A DNA stretch of 64,000 bases from a virus (Duplodnaviria > Caudoviricetes). Shown here in pieces: positions 39,342 to 52,600 of the stretch. A model generated the notes under the pieces. The model was not told the DNA's origin and searched no databases. It saw only the letters and a list, made by a program, of their open reading frames with translations. The number at the start of each line of letters is the position of its first letter. Position 1 is the first letter of the stretch. The stretch covers positions 1 through 64,000 of IMG/VR virus record IMGVR_UViG_3300032038_000040; one strand, written 5' to 3'. The translations under genes were made by a program, and so were the position numbers.

Positions 39342-42300
39342 ATGACTATGACAAAGGAAGAATATTTAAATTGTGTCATGCGTAACGAGCTTGGCAATCG
39401 TGACCCAGATATCTATGACATAGAGGATGCATGGATAGCAGGGTACAATCATGCAGTGGAGATGACTGTTGCATGGATGAAAGAGGATAAATTCGTCTAT
39501 GAGGATAAATTCATCTATGATAACGATGGAAATAAACTCTCCAAAGTTAACTTGGATGAGTTTATAAATAATTTTAAAAAATCAATGGAACTATGAAACC
39601 AAACAAGTACAACTCACTTGAGTTCTGCCGTAGAACTATAAAGTCATGCACTACAATAAAACAAATGCAGACCGCATATAACCTTGTATTAAATTTCAAG
39701 ATAATGTTTGATGACCTGTTTTGTAGCTTATTGCTTGGTGATGAATGGTGGTATAAGTATGAGGAAATATGCAAACAAAAAATGTGATTATGAAATATTA
39801 TTATAATTCAGACTATATGCACTGCAACCAAGAAAGATGCCCAAGACATGAAGAATGTTGGAGGTATGAGCTTGGTAAAATGTGCAAAGGTATAGCATCA
39901 TTTTATATGCCTGATAAAGACGAGGACTTGTCTGAGTGTGAACATTTTATTGACAAGGAAAACTTTAAAATCAAGTGAGGTGAGAAATGAAAAATATTAA
40001 ATTGCTTGACGGAAAATTGATAACAAAGGACAATAATGGGTTGTTCATTGACAATGGTACTATGTATGACAACCTGCCATTTTATGTCCTTGATGAAGAA
40101 GACGAGACATTGTATCTTGTCAATGAAGATAATTGGTTTGATTGGTTTTCTGATTTCAACAAAGAGAGATTTAAATACTATTACCCGAAAGGAGGTGAGG
40201 AATGAAAGTTTATGTTGATAAATCTAAATTAATAGAAGAATTAAGAATGCAGATAAGCCATTCTCATCATAATGCAGATGAATCAGCTACATTGTATATG
40301 CAACATTATTATGATGGCATGAAAGAAGCATACAAAAGGGTAATATCGTATATTGATAATATGGAAATATTGAAAGGAGGTGAGGAATGAAAGCAAGAAA
40401 AAGAAATTCAAATGATGATTGGGAGGAAGTTGAATATGTTCAACTAAGAGACTCATACGTCATTACAAAGGCAGACCAAATGGAATTTGATGTTTCACAT
40501 GGAAAAGAACAATCAGAAGATGAACATTGGAATGATGTAAGAGAACGAGCCTCTATTGCTGCTATGCAAGGAACAATAACAATTCTAAGCAGTAGTGACA
40601 GCGTTCCTAATAAATTTCCTAACGAGACTGCTGAATTTGCAGTTGCTTGTGCTGATGCTCTTATTGAAGAACTCAAAAGAATAAATTGAATTATGATACA
40701 AGAAAGATATTGCAGTTTTGAAGTCAGTAAACTCCTTAAAGAAAAAGGATTTGATGAAGAATGTTATACATTTTATGAATATGGCAGTAAAGAGTTTTAT
40801 CGTGAAGAGATTCCTTGTTGTAATTCGTGTAGTGATGATTATGCTGCCCCAACCCATCAGATGGCTGTGGATTGGTTAAGGCAAAAGCATGGTATTTTAA
40901 TATCTATTATACCACAAGAAATTGCTGTAGGTGTTTATGCTTTATGTTATGGTATCTATAGGGTAATAGGCAATTCATATAACCCTATATATAATGGACA
41001 AGCAGCAGCTTCAAATGATTATAAAGATGTAGTAGAAGCTGCATTGGAATTTTGTTTAACTGAATTAATAAAGTAAAATAATAATTGTAATATCATGAGT
41101 GCTCTAAAAGAATTACTACAAAAAGATTGTCCTTTTGAGCCTTATCAGTTTATTGAGGCTAAAATTGTTCTCGATTGGCTATGGCGAAATGTCCCAGATG
41201 CAGAACTACAAAAGTGGCACATGGAAGGTGTCCACGAAAGACTGAATTACTACCTATTTAATTACTTCTACGAAAAAATGAGACTTAAGCCTATTAGTAG
41301 ATGTAGTGTTGACGAACTTGAACAAGAACTAAAATTAAGAAAATCATAATTATGGAAAAAGAAGTAAAAATTGTTCCGCCTGATGGCTATGAGATTGATA
41401 GAGAAAACTCAACATTTGAGTGCATTAAGTTTAAGCCTATTCAATCTAAAAGATGGAGAGATAGTAATCCTAATGTAAGTGGATGGTATGTTCGTAGTAA
41501 TTATATAGGTGGTAAGTATGTTCTATTTTCTTGGAAAGATGGTGAACTTGATGTATTCGCTACAGAGAGGCAGGCTAAATCAGCTCTTGCAATGGCTCAA
41601 ATTAGTCAGATTATGGCTAATGATGAAAGATTTGGCGGTGTTGTTACTGATGAAGAGTGGAAAGATACTAAAGTAGACAAGTATGTTATACTTCGTGATA
41701 ATAGGGGTGTTATAAGTGATAGTAGGGCAACTTTTACCTACTCTTTTCTTGCTTTTCATACAGAAGAACAACGTGATTTGTTCTTAAAAGAGAATGAAGA
41801 TTTAGTAAAAGATTATCTAATGATAGATTGAAGTTATGAAACAAGAAGATAAAGAACTATTACTCAAAGACCTTTGTGCAAGGTTGCCTTATGGAGTGAA
41901 ATGCGTTGTAGAAGGTCTTGATGATTGTACTCTAATGCCTTCTGATATAGAGGAAGAAAGAGAAATCAAACCTTATCTCCGTCCAATGTCAAGTATGACA
42001 CTTGAAGAACTTGAAGAATATAGACGTTTTGGCGACCATATAAGAGATGCTGAATGTAAAATTCATATTGCTAACTATGAACAAATTGATTGGCTTAATA
42101 AGAATATGTTTGATTACCGTAATCTCATTCAGAGAGGTCTTGCGATAGAAGTAATTAAAAGTAATAACACTTATGAAAATTAAAATAAAATACATTGATT
42201 GTGGTGGATTTGGGACTATTATAGATTGTGAAACTCCGAGGATATTTTGCCCTTTCTGTAGAGAACGAGTCATTTCTTTTGAAGAAAGTAAAGAAGTTAC

Positions 42301-44094
42301 TCCTACTGAATTATATGAATTACTAAGAAATAACTATAATAAAATTATATTAACATGAATAAGATATGCACAAGTATAGAACAATCCAGAAAACTCATAG
42401 AGTTAGGGATTGACATAAAAACTTCAGACATGTATTATTGGTGTGGTGAAGAACTTAGAATATATGCAGGTGGATATAAGGCACAAAATAAGGAATATGA
42501 TATTCCTGCTTGGAGTCTTTCTGCATTAATGCACTTGCTCCCAAGTGTATTGACAGTAAAGGGAGAATATTCTGAAACTCAATATGAAATAGATATTCGC
42601 AAGTGTGCATTAACTGATATGGTAGATATTTATCAAATTGCTTATGGTAATTATCGTTGGCATGATGATGGAAGCAGCTCCTGGTCAGACATGATTAATA
42701 CTGGTCAAAGGGAAGAGTTAATTGATGCGGCATTTGAAATGGTTTGTTGGTTAAAAAAGGAAGAGTACATATAAAATAAAACAAATAATTATGGAAGATT
42801 TTAAGGTTAAATATTATGAAGCTCTTAAAAGAGCAGAGAAATTATATGAGCAAGGTACAATTACCGAAAGTCTTAATTATATCTTCCCCGAACTTGCAGA
42901 AAGTAAAGATGAAAAGGTAAGAAAAGCACTAATAGAATTAGTCAAATTTTCAAAAAAGAGCTGTTTTGAAATACTCAAGGACGAGTCATTTAATATCGTT
43001 TCTATGGATGCAATGCTTGATTGGCTTGAAAAGCAAGGCAAATCTGCTGATTTTGCTGAAATCCAGAATGAAAGTGGCTTTCAACAAAGGTTATATCACA
43101 GCATTAGATAACATGGAAAAATTAATTAAAGAACTAAAAAATAGAATTAATTATGACGAAACAAGTATTGGAACTAATCCTTCGGAAGTTCAAGGAGAAC
43201 AGGCTAACAATGGATGAGGCAGTGCTTCTCATTCAAAGTTATAATACCATCACTTATTCGCCAACTTATGTGCCTAGTGTATTTAATACCTTGGAACCAG
43301 GAAAAGTAACATGTACTCCAGAAACTACAATAACAACAAGTGATGGTATAGTCACCACTAAAATAAATTAAATTATGTTACCATTAAAGATGTACAATAG
43401 TCTGTCATACAGACAGAGAAAACAGATTGCAAGAACAGTGTTCTCACACATGGGAGATGAGTTCATCAACCGCATGGCAGAACCATTTCACCATAACTTT
43501 GACTATGACGAGGGGCATTGGTATAAGCTCATGCTTGACCATTGCTCATACAATAAGGAAAAAAAACTAATAACAATCAGAATCAATATACCAGTAGAAT
43601 TATGAGTGTTATACCAAAAGAGTTTGAGAAACTCAGAAGAGAAGATGAGGAAAATTGAATTTAATATCAAATTTTAAATTAAGACAATTATGGGATGGGA
43701 AACTAATGTACCAACTATGTTGACCTTTAGTAAGGAAACATATACTAATGAGTATCAAGTTGAAAATGAAATAGAAGACTTGAAAAAGCAGATTGCTGAC
43801 CTCAGGGAAGATTTGGTTATCTATGCAATGGGTAATCCAAAAGACTTTGTTGAGAATGAGGACAGTACAATAATGTCAGTCAAGGAACTGGTCAAAGATA
43901 CTCTTGAGCTTCTTGAAGATGACTATTATAAGTTATGGAAACTTGAATGTCTTCTTAAAAATTTCAAATGTCGTGGTGGTGACTTTGTGGAGAACCCCGA
44001 CTATGAGAAGAATATCAAAGAATGGCTTGATGAAAGCTATATCAATGGTAATATAAAGTATTATAATGAGCATAAAGAAGAAGAATCACAATGA
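39342..44094 (+). other. Array of ~16 small, often translationally coupled hypothetical ORFs (39342-39596, 39593-39787, 39790-39978, 39987-40205, 40202-40390, 40387-40689, 40693-41076, 41095-41349, 41352-41831, 41836-42183, 42173-42358, 42355-42774, 42791-43111, 43153-43371, 43375-43605, 43690-44094)
   Basis: Head-to-tail plus-strand ORFs with frequent ATGA overlaps, typical of a phage accessory array. Confidence 0.75.
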
Positions 44095-44187
44095 GATGTT
44101 CAGGAAATTGTCTTGCATGGCTACTGATATTTCTTATCAGTGGAATATTTTGGTATGGATTATTTAAACTTATAAGCTTACTTTAAA

Positions 44188-44916
44188 ATGAAACTAATTG
44201 AATTAATTAAAAGAATTTTTTGTTGGAGAAGAAAACCAACACCTGTAGAAAAGTATCAGCAATTATCTGATATTGAGTGGGAAATCTGTCCTGAAGGACC
44301 TTCTGCTTGGAATAAGCATGCTGGACTTAAGTACCAGAAAGTAATTATTGGCAGACAGCCTTGTATAAGACTTGCTTGCAGGAAATCATCAAAAAATGAA
44401 GATGGCTGGCAGACAGCTGCCATAAAATCTATACAAGCTTATGGTGATGGTAAATTTGAATGTTGGGCTAAATTTAAAAGTGGCAAAGCCACTTGGCCTG
44501 CTATATGGATGTCACACCCTGGTGGAGCAAAAAATAACTATGCCACATATTATGAGATAGATTTAAGTGAGTATTATGAAACTCGTGATAATACTGAAAC
44601 TACTTATCATTATCCGCAATCAATGAGGAAAGAATCTAAATTTATCAATGTAAAAACAAAGATAAATCTGGATGAATGGAATCACTTTATGTGTAAGTGG
44701 GATGAAAAGAGTATTGAAGTATATATCAATGACAACCTTGTTCTTAATATCACTAATACTAATGATAGTACTTATTTCCCTGTTAACAAAGAAGACAGGA
44801 CTTTTCAGATTATCCTAAGTATGCAGTATACAAATAAGTGGCTATCTGAACCTGATTTGAGTGAATTACCACTATGGATGGATGTCAAAAATATTAAAAT
44901 CTATAAAAAGCTTTAA
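44188..44916 (+). CDS. Glycoside hydrolase family 16-like protein
   Basis: YG.GKFE, TWPAIWM, catalytic EIDLSE (ExDxxE), W..KSIEVYIND. Confidence 0.75.
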   Translation: MKLIELIKRIFCWRRKPTPVEKYQQLSDIEWEICPEGPSAWNKHAGLKYQKVIIGRQPCIRLACRKSSKNEDGWQTAAIKSIQAYGDGKFECWAKFKSGKATWPAIWMSHPGGAKNNYATYYEIDLSEYYETRDNTETTYHYPQSMRKESKFINVKTKINLDEWNHFMCKWDEKSIEVYINDNLVLNITNTNDSTYFPVNKEDRTFQIILSMQYTNKWLSEPDLSELPLWMDVKNIKIYKKL

Positions 44917-44918
44917 AA

Positions 44919-45068
44919 ATGAAAACATACTATTTTAGAATATACCAGTTTGGTGATGAGGATGGTGATACCATACATATGAAAGGATACTCACCAGAGG
45001 ATGCTGAGAGAAGTATAAGAAGAGAATATCATTCCATTGATAAACTTATTTATTTATATTGTAGATAA
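44919..45068 (+). CDS. Small hypothetical protein, 49 aa
   Basis: MKTYYFRIYQ...YCR-TAA fills the gap between neighbours. Confidence 0.5.
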   Translation: MKTYYFRIYQFGDEDGDTIHMKGYSPEDAERSIRREYHSIDKLIYLYCR

Positions 45069-45070
45069 TT

Positions 45071-45487
45071 ATGGATAAAAAAGAAATTAAATTGCCAGAT
45101 TCTTTTCTTACAAAAGAACAAGAAGAGATGCTAAAAAAATCTCTTGATGAGATATGTTGGGATAATTACGTTATTGGAAATAATGTTAATCATCCAAAAC
45201 ATTATAATCAACATCCTTCGGGAATAGAATGCATAGAAATAGTTCAATATTATGACTTTTGTTTGGGAAATGCCATTAAATATATATGGAGAGCAGGACT
45301 AAAGTATGATGAGAGCAAGTATCAGACTAAAGAAGATATTGCAGAAGCTAAAATAGAGGATTTAAGAAAAGCAATATGGTATTTAGAAAGAGAGATTGAC
45401 CTTATTGAAAAGGGTAAAGAGAAGTCAAAAACAGAAGTAACTTATGATCCTGCTGTTACAAGTATAACAGAAAACATTGAAAATTGA
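45071..45487 (+). CDS. DUF3310-family protein
   Basis: VNHPKHY, IECI, GNAIKYIWRAG, EDLRKAIWYL. Confidence 0.8.
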   Translation: MDKKEIKLPDSFLTKEQEEMLKKSLDEICWDNYVIGNNVNHPKHYNQHPSGIECIEIVQYYDFCLGNAIKYIWRAGLKYDESKYQTKEDIAEAKIEDLRKAIWYLEREIDLIEKGKEKSKTEVTYDPAVTSITENIEN

Positions 45488-45491
45488 AATT

Positions 45492-45782
45492 ATGTGTGTC
45501 TTTTTTATGATTATTGGGATAATCTCTATATTATTGTTTATTCCCAAATTTATTGCAGTGTGTCTGATAAGTCATCTTAATAAGATAAGACCAAAAGAAG
45601 AAAAATATAATGCTATTTACTACTTCTCTTCAGACAAATGTATTTGGTGGAATGCAAGAGAGGGATTTTATTTTTTGCCTTCCATAAGTTCCACATTTAG
45701 TTCAAAAGAACTTGTCTTTGATGTGAAATGGCTTGCATTTACATACACTATAGCATACTATTATAAGCACGCTAATGACTAA
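45492..45782 (+). CDS. Membrane protein
   Basis: Hydrophobic N-terminal helix. Confidence 0.55.
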   Translation: MCVFFMIIGIISILLFIPKFIAVCLISHLNKIRPKEEKYNAIYYFSSDKCIWWNAREGFYFLPSISSTFSSKELVFDVKWLAFTYTIAYYYKHAND

Positions 45783-45785
45783 AAT

Positions 45786-45820
45786 AAATATAGGAGGAAG
45801 AATCCTCCTATATTTTTATT
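45786..45820. terminator. Bidirectional terminator between convergent blocks
   Basis: AAATATAGGAGGA-AGAA-TCCTCCTATATTT with A/T tails on both sides. Confidence 0.8.
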
Positions 45821-48800
45821 TTAATTATATTTGTTATTGAAAATTGTAAATACGTTGTCCTGATTTTCAAAGTCTATTGTCTTTTCAATTCCTGACCACC
45901 AAGGAATAGTGTATGTTTTAATACCATATAAATATTTATCCATACCTTTGTATTTTCCTTTAGATACTTTATCCCCAATATCTCCTACTCCTAAAATAGG
46001 GTATAGTAAGGCGTTAACAGTAGAAATGGCTGCAACAGGCTGGTTAATCATGGTCTTAATTTCCTGCCAAGCTCCAAGCACACTAGTTAATTTGGCATCC
46101 ATAGTCAATCTCTATAATTGATACCTCGCCATTCTTGTCCACCAATCATCATTCTTTTTTGGTCCTCCAAACAATGAAGAAAGTCCCATTAATCCGAATA
46201 TCATAACTTGCTCTGCCCAGAATTTCCTTCTATTTCCAAGCATCCTTTTTCTTTCCTCTTCTGTCTTAGCATCTTTTATTTTTACAAAGTCCTCTACTTG
46301 AATTCCAGCAAGAGTTTTAATATAATTTGTATAATATTTAAACATCTCATACTGAAATCCTTTTTCCCACATTTTGGTAGATGCACTCCAATGTTCTTTT
46401 CTGAATCTATTGGAATACATTTCCACCATCCACTATCTAAACTACATTGCTGCCCTTCCTGTCATCTTTTGTGCTATAAGACCTTTATCTTCTTTGTTCA
46501 TAGATCCATGCAAGTTCTAATTGCATTCTCTTATTTGACCTTTGAGAGTGGTAATATAACCTTCCATAGTCACAGGTATTCTTCCATCCTTATCTACTGT
46601 CACTCCATTCTTTATCCTCAATTCATAATTTCCATCTTTCTCTACTCTTTCAAATATAGAATCTCTTGTGCCTAAGACTGGAACTTTCTTTCCATTGTAA
46701 TACACTTTGGCATTATGCAGCATTGCCAACATTACATGAGTATGAAAAAAGTACTCTCCAGTAGAGTATCCAAACAGTGAATTAAAAGAACTCAGTATTC
46801 TTCTAGAAACACTCTTATAATATCTTTTTCTGTTACTCTTCTCAAAAGAATCCTAGCATGGGTCAAACAATTCTACCAATAAGTTCATAGTACTTCTCTA
46901 ATCATTTGTAATCCAATCCAAGAAGTTACTTCTACTTGTAAACCTGTTATTGGCAGCCATCTTTCCTAGTGCCCAGACATAATCTTTTAAATTAAAGAAT
47001 CTTCCTCCCATAGCTTCCAATATTGTCTGATACTCTCCAACAATACCGTTATTTATCCAGCCTTTCATATTAGCTGCAAGTCTTGACTATGTAGTATATT
47101 TTAGTAAGAAATCTCCTACTCTTGCTGGAAGTCCCGTGTCTTTTTTCTCAACACCATATAATCCCTTTTCCATATAGCCATCAAGAATTGCAAGCAAGTC
47201 CTCTTTCTTAGCTATATCTGCAAGTTGTTTTGCAACTACTCCTGCTTGAGATTCTGATACTTCTACTTCATTATTCTTAGTAGGAACAAATGATTTCTCT
47301 TCAATATAAATCTGTAACATTTCCATAATAGACTTGACATCATTAAGCTGATTATAATTAGTTGCTGTACCTGCAAGTAATTCCATTCCTGCGGAAAAAT
47401 CTTTTAGTAATTCAGCTTGGTTACTTAATTTCCTCATATAAAATACAGGAATATCTCTCTGCTTAGATCCTTTACTTGTTCCTTGTGCAACTTTATAGTC
47501 TTCTCCTTCGATACTTAAAGCATTCTGAACATAATCAGTGTCATCTTCTTTTATTTTAAAAGGCTTCATTTTTTCCTTTAACACATTCCATGTATCTCTG
47601 GCAGAAAGTCTTCCTTTTACACAGTCACCCAATACATCTAAAGTGCTGTTTCTAACCTAAGGAGGAAGATAATGGTTCTGTGCATAGGTAGGTAATAAAG
47701 TTCCCAGTTCTCCCTTAATCTACATCATTGTATTATAATATTCCAATTGTGCCTAAGTGAGATTTGCCATTTCATTTCCCTGCCTGTAGTTTCGATTTGG
47801 AACTCTTTCTGTTCTTTGAGACACCTAATCTACAACTCTTTCTACAGTATTTGCATCTTCCCAGCTTCTTAGTGCTTGTTGAAATTCAATTCCTTGAAGA
47901 CCTGCATTTTTTAATGCATATATTTTCTTATTTCTGGCTTTATTATATTTAATCCAATCAATATCAGAAATAATATAGCCATAGGAATTATACATAAATC
48001 TAGAATCAGAACCTGAATTTAATAATTTCCTGTTGGCTCTTGCAATTCGTCTTGATATTCCTGCCTTTATTAAATCCCTTTTGTCTCTGGCATCCTATAG
48101 CACAGTGCCCATCAATGCAAATAAAGGCTGAGTTGACCTTCCCATAGAATATAACATCTCTAATGTAGTTCCTTTGTTTTGCAAATCAAGCAAGTCAGTA
48201 ATTGCTAATCCATTTGGAGTTTCTGGACCCATAATTTCAAACAATAAATCAACTACAGCCTATTCTCCCAAACTTCCCTCTCCATCCAAAAGCTACACTC
48301 TAAGATTAGCCATCTTATCTCGCAATTTCTTAGCAACATCCTACAATACAGTTCTGTCTTGAGGAGTAATATTAACTTCTATTGTATCTAAAGTATCCAA
48401 ATTACAAAGAGCCTCAACAGTAATAGAATAATTATTTATCATATTATTTATAGTATTAAATACTTCAGCCCTCTGCTTTATATATTCCATCATATTACCA
48501 TTATTAGTTATACCTCTCATAAGACTGTCTGCAATATTAAACATTCCATCCAGTTCTCCTAAGACATCTAATAATGCTGTATAATGCTATTGTTGCTGAA
48601 TTTTATTCTGTAAATCTATTATTTTATCTTCTATGGCTTTCAGTTGATTTCTCTGCCCATATTTTTTCAAATTATTTAATTGTCTCTGCAATCCAAGAAT
48701 AATATTGTCTGCAGCATCTGTGAGAGATGTCACCCTGTTTCCTATCAGTCTTGCTTCTCTTCCACTTAATCCTGCCTTTCTTGCTATTTCATCCCATTTC

Positions 48801-49681
48801 TTTTGTATAGGTAAATTATCTGAATTCTGTATAATTGTATCATACTGTTGTTCAAGAGTTCTTCTTAACTGATATACATTCAAAGGATAATTTTTACATA
48901 GGTCTATAGTATTTTCTATAAACTGCATAGTTGCAGGGCTTACAGTATTATTACTGTAGGCATCAAACACTTTTGTAGCAACATCTTCCAGTGTTCCCCA
49001 TCTATTTAGCATATTCTATACTTGGGCAGTAGATTCTCCCATAGTAAGCAATGCTCTCAGCTCTTCTTTTGTTAGATTTGAGTTCTGTTTATTTTTTAAT
49101 ATATCCAAAAAATTAAGGAAAGCAGAAAAATGCATAGGATTAGCAGTACTTCGCATAAAATCAAAGTTATCTATGTTTATTCCGGCATTCTAAAATTCCT
49201 AAGAAAGCTAATCCCAAATCTATTTTTGTGTTTCTAGTTCCTCTTTATATAAAATATTATCCTTGTTTATATCTGTAGTTATTATAGTAAAGTCATCACC
49301 TCTTGGAACTATTTTAGCTATTCTTCCTTTGTGTTGAGCATTAAAAGTTATAGCTTCATCCATAGCCTCTTTGAAATCTGTATATACTTTCTAATTTCCT
49401 GTATTTGGATCTATTCCTGCTACTGATTTAGACCTTATATCATTGGCAATATCTGCCACATGAAGGAAATTATACACATCTTTTGCCTGATGCTCCCCCT
49501 ATTTATTTCTTTTAATGGGGTTTGTAGGATGATTTTCCATTAAGTCACCTATATTCTTAGCTACATATGTGGCATACACATAATTAGCCAAGTAATTATT
49601 CTTGCATATCTTATGCAGATTTTTATATAATTTACTATATTCCCCATTTGGGGCTAATGGTATTGTACATGATGCTGCCAT
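45821..49681 (-). CDS. Large virion/ejection protein, ~1286 aa (TAG read as Gln)
   Basis: Seven track fragments share one frame from ATG 49681 (MAASCTIP) to TAA 45821. Lies next to the vRNAP gene. Gaps were not checked codon by codon. Confidence 0.8.
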
Positions 49682-49696
49682 AATAATCTATTTTAA

Positions 49697-52600
49697 TTAA
49701 CAATATTCTATTGCTGAAGTATCTATATCACTTGTATCTATAACATCATCTCCAGTTATTTCTTGTAAGATATTTTGCATTTCATCTTTTATTTTTTGCT
49801 CCTGTTGTGCTGGAGTTAAACCAGAGTTTTGAGCCTAGTTAGGGAATAGTTCTTGTCTTAGGTTTCCATATACTTCTCCTAGTTCTGCAGTCTATGCCTG
49901 TATTTGAGCCTGCTGTTGTGTTTCTGCATAATCTGCATCAACAACTTCTACGTCTACTTCCATTCCATCAACTACATCTATATCTACAGGAACTGACTCA
50001 TAGCCATCAGCAACTTCTACATCTATTTCCTAACCATCTACGACATCTACATTTTCAACTTCTGCTTCCTAAGCAACTTCAACGTCAGTAACAGCTTCTA
50101 CTCCTTCACTATTCTCTTTAGATTTAGACAATTCTTCTTTTCTTTTCTCAGCTCTTTTTTCTGCTAATGTCATATCATTAAGTTTCTTTCCAATTTCAAA
50201 ATATTCTCCCTCATTTCCTAACAAGGAAGATATTCTCCATTTTCCATACTCATCTTTTACAAGTAGCTTCTCAACATCATTCTCTTTCACTCTGATTGCA
50301 ATTGTAGCATCGTCTACAATGCCATCTTCACCTAGAAGAGGTTCACCACTGGAAAGTAGAACTGATACTGTACCGTCTTCTTTGTGCTGGATTCTGCAAT
50401 TCTCATATAATTGAGCTGACCTTGGATTATTTCTTATGTAGTCTACCATACAAGAATATTTTTCTGCTTCTCCCATAAGAATTGGATTAAGGTATGTCTA
50501 AGCATAATTACCCATTTGAGCTTTTACAGAAATAGGACACAAAGAAAGGAAAGTATAAGGACTGAATTTAGTTCCTGTTTTGTAGCAGTTATATAAAAAT
50601 AACTTGGCTGACAATTCAGGATTAGCTTGATGTAAGTCTTCCCAAGCTGCAGAAAGCATATTTTTAAGTTTCTTGTCAACCCCAAGAGATTGTATCTGCA
50701 AATAAATATGTCCTTTCCTATTGGCAGTTAAGCTTATGGATTTCAGCAGTAGATTATCTTTAAGTTCCTCAGGCAAATTCTGTCTTATATTCATGAACTC
50801 TGATGGGAATTCATCAATAAAATACTCAAGTCCCATATTTTGTGGTATCCCATACTTAGCTTTTACAGACTGTTCTCCATGAGAAGCAAAGAATAAATAA
50901 GACAAATAGAAATCAGAAAATGCCTAAAGCTTCTTTTCTCTTTCTACTATTCCTAGATCTTCTGCCATAGAGAGAAAATTAAAGCTATTTGTAGGGAATC
51001 TTGTAAATATATCCCTAGCTATGTGATATGCCTAATAGAATTCTCTTAATACAGGATGGTCATCAAATACCCTATCTAAAGTAACTTTGTCTTTTCCTAT
51101 ATACAGACTACCTCCCTGCTCAGGGAAGGCATTGGAAATCTTATGCCCATTAATGATAGTATTTGTTATCTATGGGCCTACAGCACTAGTGATAGAATTT
51201 AATCTGGATACTGATGTAGTGCCCTTTATTTTATTCAATAAGAGCATAAACTTACTTAAGGCACTAAGAGTCTTAAATTCTCTGACATCATCATAATTTT
51301 TTATTCCATCAATCAACTCTTCTTGTGTAATATCAGACATCCAAAGAGCATTTTCTTCATTTACTCCTAAGTTCTTTTTTAATTCTTCTATTCTTTCAGA
51401 TACAGTGCTGTCAAATGTTGCCCAGCCCTCCTTTAATTGTTTCTTATTGTATTTATTAATTATGTCAGTTATTGCTTTCTAAGATAAAAACAGGGATGCT
51501 AATTCAAAAGACATTCCACATCTTATAAGAGCTGTAAGTATTGGTGCAGTCTGATTATTAATATTCATCAAATTAAGTACAGGGTCCTTTACAGCATCTG
51601 CAGCACTTGCAACCAAACTTCCAAGTATTTTACCAATCAATTCTCCCTTTTTATTAAATTGAGCATCCAAATTTAAGAATGCACCAAATTTAAAATCTCC
51701 AAGAGAGAATCCCTATAGATTATTCATTGGAAGAGTGTCTGCCACTTTGACTCCTATCTAATTACCTTCAAACACTGAATGTGCTGTTTTCTATACTGCA
51801 AACATTCCTAATATGGCTCCAGCCACAACATTTTGCTTATAGAATTTCTGGTTAGTGCCAAAGAACAGAAGATTCTCTGATTTCTAAGCAAGGTCTGCAA
51901 GCTATCCAATTTCCATTTTTTCTAGTACTTCAAAAGGAATGTTTGTATTTCTTGCTGCCTCTACCAAATATCCCATCTTCTTCTATGCATCGAATCCTCC
52001 AGGATTTAATACCTGGTTTGCCTGAGTTTCGTGTGTCATAAGACCATAGGACATATTAAATAAAGTGTTGTTTCTTCCTGCAACTCCTTCAGATTCTTCT
52101 TTGTAAGAATATGCCAATTTCTAATATTCCTAAGCAATAACACTATGTATTTTGCTTCCTTTTGGCACTTCCAAGGTTTCCATATACCTGTCTATGATAT
52201 TAGAAATACCTTCCTTCTGCTGGTCAGTCAAATTAGAGTATCTGTTGAAGACATTCTCTTTTAATTTATTTGTATCAACAGCATTAACCTCAGTTTTAAA
52301 CTCTTTCAGCATCACATAGAATTTATCTATATCAAAATCTGAACCTGTAAGTGTAGTAATATCATTAGGAAGAACAATCAAATCTCCTGAAATTTCTGGA
52401 GTAAATCCAACTATTTTCAATGGAGCCACAGAATATTTAGCCTCAGTAGGAATTCTATATCCCAACATCTTCAACATTTCTGGATTAGCCTGTTCTATGG
52501 CTTTAATATCCACTTCTCCCTTTTCATTCATGAATGGAGCAAATAGTTTTTTGCTATATACAGGAGCAAAGCACTCATAATAAGCAATACCAGCCTGGTT

